Origin: Moniliella sp. 'wahieum'
Lineage: Eukaryota
Length of the DNA stretch: 64,000 nucleotides
Assembly (NCBI GenBank): GCA_003971905.1
Contig: RSEE01000106.1
Location: forward strand, 62,001-126,000
Direction of reading: 5' to 3'
In this document: piece after piece, positions 1 through 12,858 of the stretch
How the letters are laid out: the number at the start of each line of letters is the position of its first letter
Position numbering within the stretch: position 1 is the first letter of the stretch
Notes under the pieces: generated by a model
What the model was told of the DNA's origin: nothing
The model's database searches: none
The model's input: only the letters and a program-made list of their open reading frames with translations
Made by a program: the position numbers and the translations under genes

Positions 1-304
1 ACCTCCGAGATGGCAGGAATCTTGGATGCCAGAACCTGGGGGTAGGAACGAGGGAGGTTAGTGAGCAAATCCGTGCAGACAGGAAAAACCAACGTACCAA
101 GAAACGCTGATTCAAGCTTTCACGGCGAGCACGCTCAATGGCATTGTGGTTGGCGCGTTCTCCGGGTTGCCCTTGCGCTGCATCACGGCAGCGGTGGCAC
201 TGCTAACGCGGCGCGGCGGCTTTCGGACGGCCGGCCGCCGGGGGGAGAAGGGTTGCGGCCCGCGGCAATGGCCGCCACGGTGGCCGTCGAAGGAGCCTGC
301 ATCA
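1..304 (-). CDS. bHLH transcription factor (partial, continues beyond the left edge; frameshifted)
   Basis: Minus strand reads ERANHNAIERARRESLNQRFL, then intron 97-36 (GTACGT...CTAAC...CAG), then VLASKIPAISE. This is a bHLH basic region plus helix 1 with the H-x3-E-x3-R signature. The upstream MMQAPSTAT start needs frameshifts to join. Confidence 0.8.
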
Positions 305-3300
305 TCTCTTCGACTGCGGCTGCTGCGGAGCCGCGAAAAAGTGGGGGGAAGTGGGGAGAACAGCCATGGTGGGGAGAGAAGGCAAGAGGAGGGGGAAAGG
401 AGCAAGAGGGTTGGGTGGAGAGGAGAGGTTCACAAGGGGTCGCTGGAGAGTCGAGGAGTACACCGAGACCAGTCAAGAGATCGTCGCGCCCAAGGGGGAG
501 ATCAATCTTGCAGTCTTCAAGGTGACGAGGGTTGGGGAAGAGGGAAGGGGGAGGCCGTACTTTGGGGAAAGTCGTCTGCGAGGCGAGGGCGCAGAGCAAG
601 GGAGAAGAGTTAGCATACAGTGTCGCACGACGGATTGGGCAGGGGCCGTGGTCGTGGCAGTGGCGAACAGCCGCCATGGCCATCCATGCTGCCACGCACG
701 ACCTCCACCGCAGTAGCGTGGGGACGGCACGGACAGCAAGGGCAGCAAGGGCGTCCGGTGCACCGCACCGCCACCAAGCACCGGGGGGGGGGCTACTCAC
801 GAGCTGGTGGTGAGGAAGGGAGGGGGAGAGGCGGCGTGTGGGCGACGCAAAGGGGGGCAGGGGGCTGGCCTGCGCCGGTGTGCCTCCGGCTGCAGCAGCA
901 GCAGCGGGGCCGGTTGGCCGCAGCCAGCAGGGGGCGTACGCTGCCCAAGCGCAGCAGCCGGACACTGCGCCTGTGCGCCCCAACGCCCCAACGCACCCGC
1001 AGTGCGCAGACAGTGCCTGGGTGCGCTGGCGCGGGCCGCCGCAGCACGCCCCAGGCTGCCGCAATTCACTCCGTTCGGCCCCAAATGCGCGCGCTGCGCC
1101 TGTCGGGCCAGCATGCCGCACCAGCGCCCTGTTCTCCTTTCCTTTCCGATTCAGAGCTGCGGCCTGGTCCGACCCGGGGGTACACTGGGCTGGTGGCTTG
1201 GGGAGGAGTCAGCCTCGTCAGGCTCTTGCAGGCTCTTGCAGGCACCTGCAGGCACCTGCGGCAGGTACCGCCGCTATCCGGCAGGGCTGCCAGGGGACTG
1301 ACGTTGATGGAACCGGACGAAGAGCAGCAGTGTGGCCGAGGAAGCACGGGGGCAGCATCGCAAAGTTTATCAACGCCACGTTCGGTGATATCGGCAGATG
1401 CTGAATGCGTACGTAGCGACGGCCCAGGCACTGGGCCGCAACCCAGCGCAGTGCGTCTGCAGTGCGAAGGGTGAATGTGAAATTGCATGTGCTGGGGTGT
1501 GCTGGGTGTGCTGGCTGTGCTAGCTGCGCTCGCTGGTACCAGCGCAGTGTCCGCCCGCGGACCGCAAGCCCACGCCAGAGCCCGCCCAGCCGACACGAAC
1601 GCTCTGCGCGGCGCCAACCAGGCATGGCGTGAGTGTGACAGGGGTGCAGCGCACTGTATGTACCTCGGGCGTCCCAGGGAGCTTCCTTGCAAATGGTGCA
1701 CATGTCTGTCGCACGCCATCTGCTGGCGGGGTATCGAGCATCGAGTAGCGCTATCCGGCTATCGATTATCGATTATCGATCGATCATCCACCGCTCAGCG
1801 CTCACCGACCATCCCATGCATTACTAACTCAGCAGCACGCAGTGCGCCCGTGCCTGCCAGGTGCCTGTACACACCGGGTACTGGCAACAGAAGACGGGCA
1901 TAAGCGCTAAGGCTTAGCGCTAAGCCGCTGAACGTTCAAGCTAAACCGACCGCCTCCATGTGATTAATGTGTGATCGCGCTCACTACCTCAGCACTCCGT
2001 GTAGGAAAACGTCTAAACCGATGACTCGATTCCCCAGTCCCAGATTTTGTTGCAAGTTTCAAGTTGGGTTTTGAAATTTGAAACGGCAGCGGTGTACATG
2101 TTACCGCCATTGGTGCCTAGCTTGGGGACCTCTGGTCTTGTTCGGTTGGTCACTGGTTCGACTCGGAAGGTAGTCAGCATGTTGACACTGTCTCCTCCTC
2201 CCACCATCATTCCGTCTTGTCTCCTTTGGGAAATGCCGGACGGCGTTACTACCCCGACCAGCAAGAACAGGTTGAACGTGTTGACGCTGAACACCTAACC
2301 CTAACCCACAAGCTTCACGTCGCCAGGCGGAAAGGCTGGAATGGCGTCGGATGGGAAAAAACAACCCCATTCAAAGACAAAAAACCTGCAATTGATTGGC
2401 AAATTGTTGGCCCGCCTCCGGTCCTCTAATCGTATGGACGGAGGGATCTCCACGAGCTCCACGTCACGCGCGTCATGGGAAATGCCACGCTCTAACACTT
2501 GCCCCCACACTCAACGCCAGCACTGTCGCATCGTCCAGTCCATGGCGGTGTCATGCATGTCATCGCATCGGGAAGCCGCCATCTCCCCCTGTGTTGATTA
2601 CAGATTGAAGATTGATGCTTTGACGCTTCAAGCACTAAGCAAGCTGATTACAGATGGAGGAGCTGCTGTTGAGCGATAAACAAAGTGCCAAGGGTAAGCG
2701 GTGCTTGCGTAGCCCAACCCCTCCCGTTCCCTGCCCTCCCAGACCCACCCAAGCCCTACCGTGCCCTCCTCCCCCCCCTCCCCCCCTGTGATGGAATGCT
2801 CACACCTACCCCCTACTAAGAAAGACGTTTTCTCCAGACGGACCGCGTAAACAGTGTTGAAACCGCCCATGTACAAGGCGGGGAAAGGTGAGATCTGAGT
2901 CTGCGATGCCAGCGTGGCTCCAGCTGGCCAGACTCGGCTTCTCCTGTGGTGGACAGGTGACACGGGCGACTCGTGTGCGATGAAACAACGCGGGCCCCAA
3001 AGAACCAGCGCAGGCTTGTGGCCGCTGGTGGAACTGGCCTCGCCGCACGTGAGAACGAGTGACGCGGTGACGGAATGGCCGTCGCATGTCACACGTCCCA
3101 TGCGACTGCGCCTGCCTTCCCGCCGGTTCGGACAGAAATCCAAGCCTTGACGACGTCTAGCCACTGCGCCGCACGGGGTCACTGGTCAGTGGTCACCCCA
3201 TCGTCTTTGGTTTGCAGCTCAGCACTCTCGCGCGCTCAGCTGAGCGCTGCTCAGCCTGAGCTCCACGGACAGCGGACCGCCGACGACTCGCCTGCCAAGT

Positions 3301-3428
3301 GTTTTTCTCTTGGTGTGCTGGCAAGCACACCACGGCACACGTCCGCGTCACCCCTCCTCCACTCCTCCACCACGCACTCGCAGCCCATCTGCAGCGCCGG
3401 CCGCCGCGTCTCCGAGCTCGCAATCGCC

Positions 3429-5571
3429 ATGCCGCCGCCTTTCAAGGAGGTTCCAACCTGATTGACCCCTGCCGTCCGGCCATCCGGTACGTTGCCCTGC
3501 GCCTCACCCCTCTTGCCTCCGTGGCCCGCTGCTAACCCTTCTGTGTGGCCGGTCAGGCAACCTGGATGAGAGCCAGGAGAAGATGCTGCGTGAGTTCTGG
3601 TCCGTGGTTCGCTGGATCCAGAACGGGACTGGTCCCGACGCGCCCCGGGTCCCCCACCAGTCCGCAGACCAAGCCACCGCGTTCTTCTACCGACCGCGAC
3701 GGCCGGGACGGGGAACTGACCAAGGCCGAAGGCCAGGTCATCAACGAGCTGCTCACAGCTTACTCTGGAACGGCCATTCAACGCGGCTTGTGGGACATGG
3801 CCAAGTTTGAAACGGCTGACAGTGTTTGCCGCTTCCTCCGGGGCGCGCAAATGGAACCTGGGCCGAGCGCTCGGCATGTTTGCGGCGGCACTCAAGTGGC
3901 GCATGGACAACGATCTCGAAGTACGCCCCCCACCCCACCCGTCCCCATTTGTCACTCAGTCTCTTTGTGAGCCATCGCTGACATATTTCCCCTCCCCGCC
4001 GCAGTCTTTGATCCTTGCCGGCGATGAGGGCAACGCGTCCATCCCCCACTTATTGACCAGCAAACCTCGGGCAAAGTGTTTGCTTATGGTGGGACTCAGA
4101 AGGAGGAGCTGATGATCTACATTACCGTTCGCCTGCACCTTACCAACGGTCAGCTGACGCTTCGATGGAGCGCTTTGTACTCTATGCCATGGAGACCTAC
4201 CGCTACCTGATGCAGCCCCAGCCGGCACCGTGTCCCTCGTTTAACCTAGACGGGTTTGGGCTTAAGTACGTCCCTGTTCCTGTTGTGGTTGCTGCTCTGG
4301 ATTACTGACCGGTTTGCTCAATCAAACACCAACAAAACAAAAACAAACAACAGGAATATGGACTGGCACACGCTCATGTATGTGGTGGGTGCACTGGAGA
4401 AGTACTACCCGAGTGCTTGGGCAAGGTTTATGTTTTCCATGCGCCCTGGATCTTTAACGGGATTTGGAAAACGTTGGCGCCCATGTTGGACCCGGTGGTG
4501 CGGGCCAAAGTGCAGTTTATCAAGCGCATTGACGATGCCATGCCCAACTTGCCTGCGATTCGGGTACCAAAGTGCTTTGAGGGAACCTCCAAGTACGAGT
4601 ACCACTATCCGCAACCACACAAGGACGACAATGCCTTGCTGAAGGATACGGCGGAGCGGGACGAACGGTTGAAGAAGCGGGACGATATGTGGTTGGAGCT
4701 GGAAAAGGCGAGCCAAACATGGGCCAAGAGAGGGGACAAGAAGGTGGCTGAGCAACGTCGCTTGTTGGCCAAAAAGATTCGGGTGGCCCACTTGGAATTG
4801 GAACCCTATGTCCGTGGCTCGACGCTGTTTGACCGTTCGCACGTTTTGAACCGCAACGGGCGCGTCACATGGTACTACGAGCCGATCAATGGAGGAACAA
4901 CTTGGCGGCACGTTATTGGTCGCGGCTATGCGGTGCCTACCATGCTGCGTGAAATCCAGGATGTGGAACAAGGTAACCTGTCCGTCTCGCAAGCGGAGGA
5001 GCGCACGCGCAAGGCCCTCGTGGCACAAGATTGGGTGGCGCTCTATGGCTCGGAAAAAGTCGCAGCTGAAGTAGAAGGCGTACAGACGACTGCACCTCCG
5101 TCTTCCAAACCCAAGCACTCGCGTGCTAAATCCGAGGCAGCCGCAGGCGGTGTGCTGCTGCCACTGGGGTGGCCTATGCTCGGGCCAAGACCAAGGGGCC
5201 ACCTAAGGATAGTGAAGGTCTGCATGCCTTGTACCGGGTCAACTCGGACTCGCCCAACCGCTCGTACGATACCTTCCTCTCCGCCGCGTCCGAGTTCAGC
5301 ACGGCGCCTCCGCCGGGCGAGAAAGGTGCGACGCATTTACCGTCGATCCGCCTTCTGCGCCCAAGGGGTGGTGCATGAAAGCGAACCCAAGGCCGAGGCC
5401 GATAGCAGTACCCGCCCGTCCCAAGATACCAGCAGTCTGAGCCGGTCCAATGATTCTCCTGACCCGAGTGCTACCCCATCGCATCACCACAGCAGCATGT
5501 TCCAGTTCCACGACTCGTCCGACTCCAAGTCCTCGCTCAACCCATTCCATCGTCGTCGGCATCCCACCTAA
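3429..5571 (+). CDS. CRAL-TRIO (Sec14/Csr1-like) lipid transfer protein
   Basis: Segments GNLDESQEKMLREFW, CRFLR/ARKWN...ALKWR, NMDWHTLMYVVGALEKYYP, HAPWIFNGIWKTLAPMLDPVVRAKVQF and LEPYVRGSTLFDR. GT-AG introns near 3487-3556, 3921-4004 and 4268-4353. Several frameshifts. Confidence 0.88.
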
Positions 5572-5876
5572 AAAAGTTGACCGGCAAGGTCGCTTCCAAG
5601 TTACGCCTCGATCTCTAGTGAGTACTGAGTGATGTCACTGCCCGCACCCTTTGCTACGCCATGCAGAGGGGCAGAGAGGCTAAGCCTCTGCGGCTCTATT
5701 ATTACCGGCCCTGTGTCTGCTATGGCACCCAAGATCTCTGCCACGCACACGACTGTTAATGGATAATCTATTGGCGCTTTGCTTTGGCCAACAAAAGGAA
5801 AGGAGCCAAGAAAAGTAGACGATATTGCAAAAGATAAAGAAGAGAACAAAATGCTGTTCATCGTCAGTGAGTTCAT

Positions 5877-8800
5877 TTAGTGCATCGTGAAGGAGAACTT
5901 GTTTGTTGGATACGGAGCAAATACAGTAGAAGAGTTTTCCTGGCTCAACCCGTTCTCCATTTGCCACACCGCTGGCCAAGCCACAGACAGATGGGGCACG
6001 TCTGTATGATGACGAGAGGGTGAGTGGAGTTGTTGTGATCCTGTAATAGGGGTGAAATAGGTCAGACAGAATAATCACTTGACAAATAAGGAGCAGGAAA
6101 AACGTACCTGGACGATTTGCTCGTATTCGCGCATGCTTTGGATCACATAGACACGTAACGAGCATGGAAAGGTGCGTTAGAGTTTCCTCCGCCGAGGTGG
6201 GGGGCAACTTGACGTGCTGGACGGGTCTCTCCTAAGCCGGGAGCAAGACTGATAGTGGGATGAACCACCTCGGTGCTGGCAGAAGATGGAGTACGGAATT
6301 GCCAACCCACTGTGTCAGGAGAAGAAGTGGACCCCTCTCCACTCTCCACAACGGTGGGTTTAAGATGAACAGTGGATTGCGGATCGAGCGCGGCACCAGG
6401 CTCAAGGAGCTGCGTAGGCGTAGAATTGGCCTTTGGAAGTGGGGGAGGAGGACACTGGGGTGAAGAAGCGTCCTTCGACTCGAGTTGATGCGAATTTGTG
6501 TCATGAAGAGACTTCTCATTTTTAACGAAGGCCTCCAGACTTCTTTCCTTCCTTTTCCCTAGCCAGAAAAGCCTTCTTTTGGGCAAAGAAATCAGAGGTA
6601 AAGTGGAAGATGCGGAGGGCAAATCTGTAGTTTTGACCGGTGCTTGTGAAGTGGGAATCATGTTCTCGTTTGACAGAGACCGAAGAGAGAAAGAAGACGA
6701 GGAAGGAGAGAATGGATGCAGGAGCGAATTGTGCGGGATAGAAATGTACGGCAGTGCTTCCCTCTTCCTCTCTGGTGAAGCCTGGGTTGGATGTGCATTG
6801 GTGTTCATGCCAGAGAAAGGCGAAGAAGGCAGAGATGAATCTTTGCGGTAAGCCAGGTTCGGATCGGGCAGGAAGCGGGAGTACTCGCTTCGAACATGGC
6901 CAAGACGCTGCTGGAACAGGTTGGCAATCCGGCGCGCCGACTCATTGGCCTCGTCCTCTGGTGGGGCTGAAAATTCGGACAGGTGGCCGAGACGGAAAAC
7001 AAGGGTGTTGAAAAAGTACACGCGCAGGCTGAAGGACCAAGAGAGAAAGAGTTTGATGAAGATGTCCGAGTTGAGCAAGGTGTCCTCGACCAATGCCCGA
7101 CGAAGTGCCACACTTGACGTGAGAAGACCAAAGTGAGAGTAGCAAAAGGCAATCGTCCGCATCAATGCGATCGTGTGGTCTGATTCCGACAAGATCTTAT
7201 GCATAACGTCCACCAGGAACTCAAGGTCAATGATTTGAGCAATCTCCAGGCCTGCTTCTTCCATCCGCTCCAACAACATATCGACCCAGTCCCACATGCA
7301 GAAGATACCTTGCACATCATAGAGAGAAGTGCGCTTGATAAGACAGGTTAGATGCACCTGGATACTAGTGACAAATAATAAGGGGGGCGATGTACTAGGG
7401 CTGAAACACCTCCCGTAAGTAGCACAGTTTACCACGGCCGAAGTGCAATGCACCGTGGCTGTATGGAGCTCGGCGGGTTTGTCCGTTAGGCTGTCCAGTA
7501 GAACGTTGGCGCCCACTCCGGGAGAACTGTTTGGACGGTAACAGTAACAAACAGAGTTATAGACATGTGCTTCTCAACAAAAGGATGCGGAAAGTGAGAG
7601 ACGTACAAGGGAGCGGACCGGTACTGGGTTGTGATTGACTTGAGGGAACGATGCACCAAAGATAAACACTTGCTCTGGATCAAACCAGCAACGTGAGCGT
7701 AGCCTGGTGCTCCAAAGAAGAGGTGGTGGGCATGGGCTGGAAGACTGACATGGATAAGATGGTCCAAATTACGGTGGAAGTTAGTGTAGAAGGAAAAGAC
7801 CACCTCGGAATCGTCGCTTTGCCATCGACGAAGCCAGTACCCGCCCATCTTGATTTGTTCGCCTTTGTGTTCGACTAGGTAAGTTGACGTGTTGGAAGTC
7901 GAAAATTGAGCATCGGGACACTTGTAGGAGGTCAGCGTTTCGAGGTAGGATCTGGGATCACGGCAGCATAGCCCTTGTAGATGGTCAGGAAAACATGCCA
8001 AGTACGAGTCCCAACCTCCTTTGACGGGAACAATCTCGTTCCACCGGGCCTCCCGGGCAACGAGCTCAAGCGTAGGTTTTTGATCGGCAGAGCTGCTAGC
8101 AGCTTTCCTCCCACACCAGGAATGCGGAAGAAGCACAGGGCCAAGAGGCGACCAGCAAATATGAGATTATTCTGGTAGACGCCTTTGTTGTTGAGATCGC
8201 CGATGGCAAAAAGAGGCACTTGTGGATCATGTCATTGTACGTTTCCCTTTCCGTATCGTGCGTCGCGTGCGAATCCAACATGGGGGCGCTCAAATTTCTT
8301 GTCTCGAGTAGCATAGCCAAGGTGTCTAAGATGGCATGGCGATCAGAGGAGTTTTTGGCTGTTTTGATCGCCCCTAACATCTCTTTGATCCATTCAAACA
8401 GCAATGCTCGACGGGCTGACGCCGAAGAAAACCGTTCAGACGTGGGATCGGGCCAATACGTGCCCGTGCCCGGTGTCAGGGTTGCATCAGAGCGAACCAA
8501 GGGGTGGACTTGTTCCATCGTCAAAAAAGGTTGAATCACCAGACGCAGAAGCTTGCCACGATCCAACACGTTGTGCTGATTTGCAGTCGTACGAAATTTG
8601 AACAAGGCCATCTCAAAAGTATTCCACGCCTTGGCTGGAAGTGCGTTTTTCTGGCTGGGTATAGAGAGGGGGTCGATCGAGGGGGCTGGTTTCTTTATCA
8701 ATTGAGCGCGCTCCAGAGTGGATAATGAAGCAGCTCCGACCACTGCTTCTTCGGTCATCTTGTTGAAAAGCAACTTGTCTAGCAATGAGGGTGGTTGAGG

Positions 8801-10198
8801 TGAAGATCCAATTTCCTCCGTTGCTGGACCCCCCCCAAAGGTGCAGGGCTTACTCGTGGACCCAACACACGTTGGCGCGGCGTGGAAGATGGAACGACGT
8901 CGCCGTTGTACTTCTCTCTCTTACGCACTTCTGTCGTAGTATCAGACGAGAGTAACGGAACATTTTCGCAGCCAGAACCAAGTACTGGTCTCACCGCAGA
9001 AAGGGAGGAGCCCTTTGTACATGCACACTTGGGACATTCTTAGCCGTCGCTTGCGGATGAGCCGGTCCGGTGGCAGTAGACGTGTTATGCTGAATACTAA
9101 CAGCCGTCTCCGCAGATGAAGTGAATGCTTTCGCGTCACTGTAACTGCTTACAATGCGTCTGGTCGGACCAGCCACAGGGGAGTTCCGTTTCGCATCCAT
9201 CGTCTCTTTTGGCCGTGACGGGGAAACAGTTCCAAGTGGAGGTGGGATGGACAGTGGTGGGTACAGTCTATCCTCACGCACACCAGAGTACTCAGCATGT
9301 TGCGGCATGTACCCTGTGGGGTTTTGCGCAAGGGACTCCAATGAGGACGTCAAACTGATGGAAGACAAGTTGATACGCGACCCAGTGTCCGGCGAGGTTC
9401 GATCGGGAAGACTCAACCATGGCAGAATCGGGGGCAACAGGTAAGATGAATGAATCGCGCCCTCCCTTACTTCCGGTCTGCTGTCGCAAGAAGGGATGGA
9501 GAGTGGCGCGGCTTGGGAGCTGTACCGCTCAGCGCTTTCTCCGTCCGAGTCGGTTGACCGTACATGGGAAACGGTGGGACTCGCGGAACAATGGAGGATG
9601 GGGCTAGTCGACTCTTCGGTGGTAGGATAAGAGGAGGGGACACCCGAAGAGGTAGTAGCCGGCGAACTAGTGCTGACACCCGATACAGGCAAAAGATGCC
9701 CCGGATAATATTTGTCTTCGGAAGGAGGGCTTATCTTGGTAGGCGAGGGGTGGGCTCTTCCCTTGGACTGAGAACGTTTCTTGGATGAAAAGAAATTGTA
9801 CAATGATGGTCGAAGGGGGCGGGCGTTGAATTGCCATTTGCCACCATGACTCGAGGTCGATGGTGTGATATGCGAGAGAGACGAGGTGTGGGGCCGGTCC
9901 TCGTGTGGCTTGGGTGAGGTGTTGGTTGGAGCGGATTTTTTATGCCAAGGACGCAGGGCTCCAGCAAGGGTGTTGAAAACGTGCTGCGCTCTTGATTGCC
10001 ATTTGGCGATCCAAGGCAGAGCATGGCCTCTGAAGATGATGCTCTCCCCATTGGGTCCCGAGGAGTAGATACCCAACGGGGAGAGTCCAACCGCTCATGT
10101 GTTTCTTTAGTTCGGTAATGACTCTCGGGCCCGAGGGGTTCCCGGAGGCACAGATCAGGTGCCGACGCGCTTGTTATGATAGGTTGGCAGTCCCGCAT
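5877..10198 (-). CDS. DUF1765/UPF0592-like conserved fungal protein
   Basis: Chain of minus-strand ORFs (8991-10076, 8096-8785, 7932-8219, 7486-8136, 6143-7516). Motifs FAGRLLALCFFRIPGVG, IKRTSLYD, DLEFLVDVMHKILSESDHTIALMRTIAFCYSHF and FIKLFLSWSFSLRVYF recalled as matching this family. Long S/P-rich N-terminus. Ends approximate. Confidence 0.7.
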
Positions 10199-12403
10199 GA
10201 AAGAGTAGAATGCGGGCTTTTGCACACACAGACAAAAAATTCAAAGGGCGCTGTGAGACAGGGATGGTGCGAGGGAAGGGTGTGGAGAGGAAAGAAGGGC
10301 CCACGGAGAGGGAGGATTAAGAGCGGCAGAAAAGGGGATGGCGGCGGAGATGATGACAGATAGGAGGACGCAGCGGGGGTGATGGTGGTGGTGGTGACAA
10401 AGGGGTGGTCAGGTGATGCATGATGGCGAGCTGTTCTTGTCACGCGGTTGGTCGGGGAGGCGGTGATGCGAGTGATGGAGGTAAGCGCTAAGCTAAGTGC
10501 TAAGTCCACATATACTTCGAAAGGGGTTTCATAAGCCTTCTTATTTCGATCTTATTATCCTCCAGCTGGCGTATGTGGGGGGGGTTTTCAGGTACCGACT
10601 ACTAGAATATTGTCCCGCACCGGCGGCAGTAAGCCTCACAGCTTTTAGTATAGGCACCATTAGGCGGCTTACATGTCCCATGTGGATCCTCTTCATGAAC
10701 GGTGACTCAGCGTTGTCAGAGAGAGGTTGAGGCTCAGTCGCTCAGCGGCTCAGCCGCTTAACATTTAACGTTCAACCGCTCAACGTTGAAGTTCAACCCT
10801 CCCGTAGAGCCGCTGTTGGAAATGTTTGTAGCTTTTTACTGCGGCGGACATCGAAATGAACAGCCCATTCTTACACAAACAACAGTCACGATACCCATGT
10901 CCTCCTACTGTTATACCGTGCATTGCATTGCCCAGTACTCTCTCAGATCTCACAGCCCTGATAGACACACTCATCCGCCTTCTGTGTGGCTCATCGATCA
11001 TTGTGCCTCAGGCCTTATTGACCACATAGAGACCGCAGGCCGCAAATGTCAGTCCCTCAGAGCTAATCTCAACGCTGCAACTATGAGGACAGCGCTCAGC
11101 CTCAGCGCTCAGGCTGAGCGCTCATGGACTCGTCTCAGCTTTCTGGTCTCAGATCTCTCTTGCTGTGGCTGCTGTGACTAGTGACTGATGTGATCAGCAC
11201 AATGTGATCAGCCTTCTCGATGCGACAGGGACTTCGCTGTCGCCTACTGATGACAGCGGGCAACTAGTATTAGTAAACGTCAAATATCGCCCAAAAGGTC
11301 CAACGCCAGCTCCAACGCACCCCAACGTCTCCATACGGACCTCATCCGGTGGGATCAGCCACACGGTGGTGCCCCTCAGACAACGTTTCATTATGCTCTG
11401 GTATGTGGTCATGATCGCATCGCCGAGCATCAATATTGTCACGGGGCGGGCCCCGCCATCAGGGGCTCGCCAGGGGTTTTGGGGGTATGATCCCTTAGAA
11501 GACGGTAGGTCGACTCTCGGTAGTTTCGGGCTTGGGCTAGTTGGTGACTCCGAGCGGAGCTGGGGCCGAGGAGAGGCCTTTGGTGGGGGGCGGCTGCACG
11601 TGTGGCAAGGCTGCGTCTGCACCGGCTTGCAGTGGGCCGTAGTAACGTGTCTGAAGCCTCTGGGACTTAGGGACGGGAGGAGGCAGCGGCAGTCAAACAT
11701 TGCCTTAACTGAGACGAGATAATAGAAACTGGAAATCGGCGCGGCCGAACGAGGGCTCGCGGACTGGACTGATTGAGTGCTGGAGGACGAGGTCGGAAGA
11801 GGAGTCGGGAGCTAACAAAGAGGAGACTGCCTGTACTTAATCAATTGGCTGGAAAGAGGCAGACAGGGCGGGAGAGAGGGTAGACGGGGGATGATGAGAA
11901 TGGAGAATGTGGGGGAAAGGATCCCCATCAACCAGGGGTACAGGCAAGATCAAAAGGGAAAACGGATACAAGAGGGGTGTAGAAAGGAAGACACGTCAAA
12001 AGAGTGGTTAGGAAGGACAAATGAAATGGGGACGGGGCGACAGTCGCAACGGCACTGTGGAAGCGCGGTGTGGCCTTATTGAGGTCAACCGACTTGGACT
12101 TGGGCGGGGGACTATGTTGTCTTCGCGCGGATGCGTGGCTCTTCGGGCCACGGTACCTAATTTAGCCAACCATCTTCAAGCTTCATCATGCATCACACTT
12201 GGTTGGCTTGCGGAGCGCGCTCTACTGGGCATGTGCGGAGCAGGCGGGCCATAGCTTGGATCGGACCATCTCGGGTCCGCCGCAGCCGGTACCAGATATT
12301 TCGAGATCAACATATGCCGCCGGCATTGCCACTAAATCTGAGGTTCCAGATCAGAGGGCCGATGCAGGCCCACGAAGACCGATGCAGGTCCCTGCCCATA
12401 GCC

Positions 12404-12850
12404 GGCGGCATTTTTGAGCAGCCTAAGAATGCATTCGTATCTTACAGGTTAGGAGATGAGGCGATCCCGCGACTCAGCCGCTTACAAAAACTCACAAAGC
12501 GTCAAGTGTATATGAGAGTTTGACCCCTTTCCCCGCTATCCATGCCCCGTGTGTGGTTCCAACTCATCCGGAAGCATTTTGGAGCAGCCGAAATGTACGA
12601 TTGCGTTCTGAAGGCTAGGCGAGGCGATTGCCTGCTTCAAAGCCAATTTCTGTCGAAACGTGTCACGAGTTTGACCCCTCTTCCCCGCTATCGGGGCTCA
12701 TTTTGCAGTTCATCCCTTCCGTCGGCATTATTTGCGAGCAGCGTAAGCGTACGGTCTTGTCCAAAAGGCTGGGAGAGAGGAGCCTTCAGTCGCATCTCAC
12801 CTGGGTACAACAACTATTTCGAACCACGGCAACAGTTTGACCCCCTCCCC
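12404..12850. repeat. Degenerate tandem repeat, about 160-bp unit x3
   Basis: Each unit carries GCATT(T/A)T..GAGCAGC, then AGG(T/C)T(A/G)GG, then AGTTTGACCCC. The last block occurs near 12517, 12668 and 12834. Confidence 0.7.
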
Positions 12851-12858
12851 TTTAGCTA

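Noticed and set aside
600..1750. Many long overlapping ORFs in very GC-rich DNA (also 29600-30800, 34900-35400 and antisense ORFs such as 61220-62251 and 27539-28402)
   Set aside because: Expected from stop-codon scarcity at high GC or as shadows of real genes. No domain-like content.
11194..11722. 168-172-codon ORFs on both strands
   Set aside because: No recognisable domain, signal or convincing splice model, so not called as a gene.
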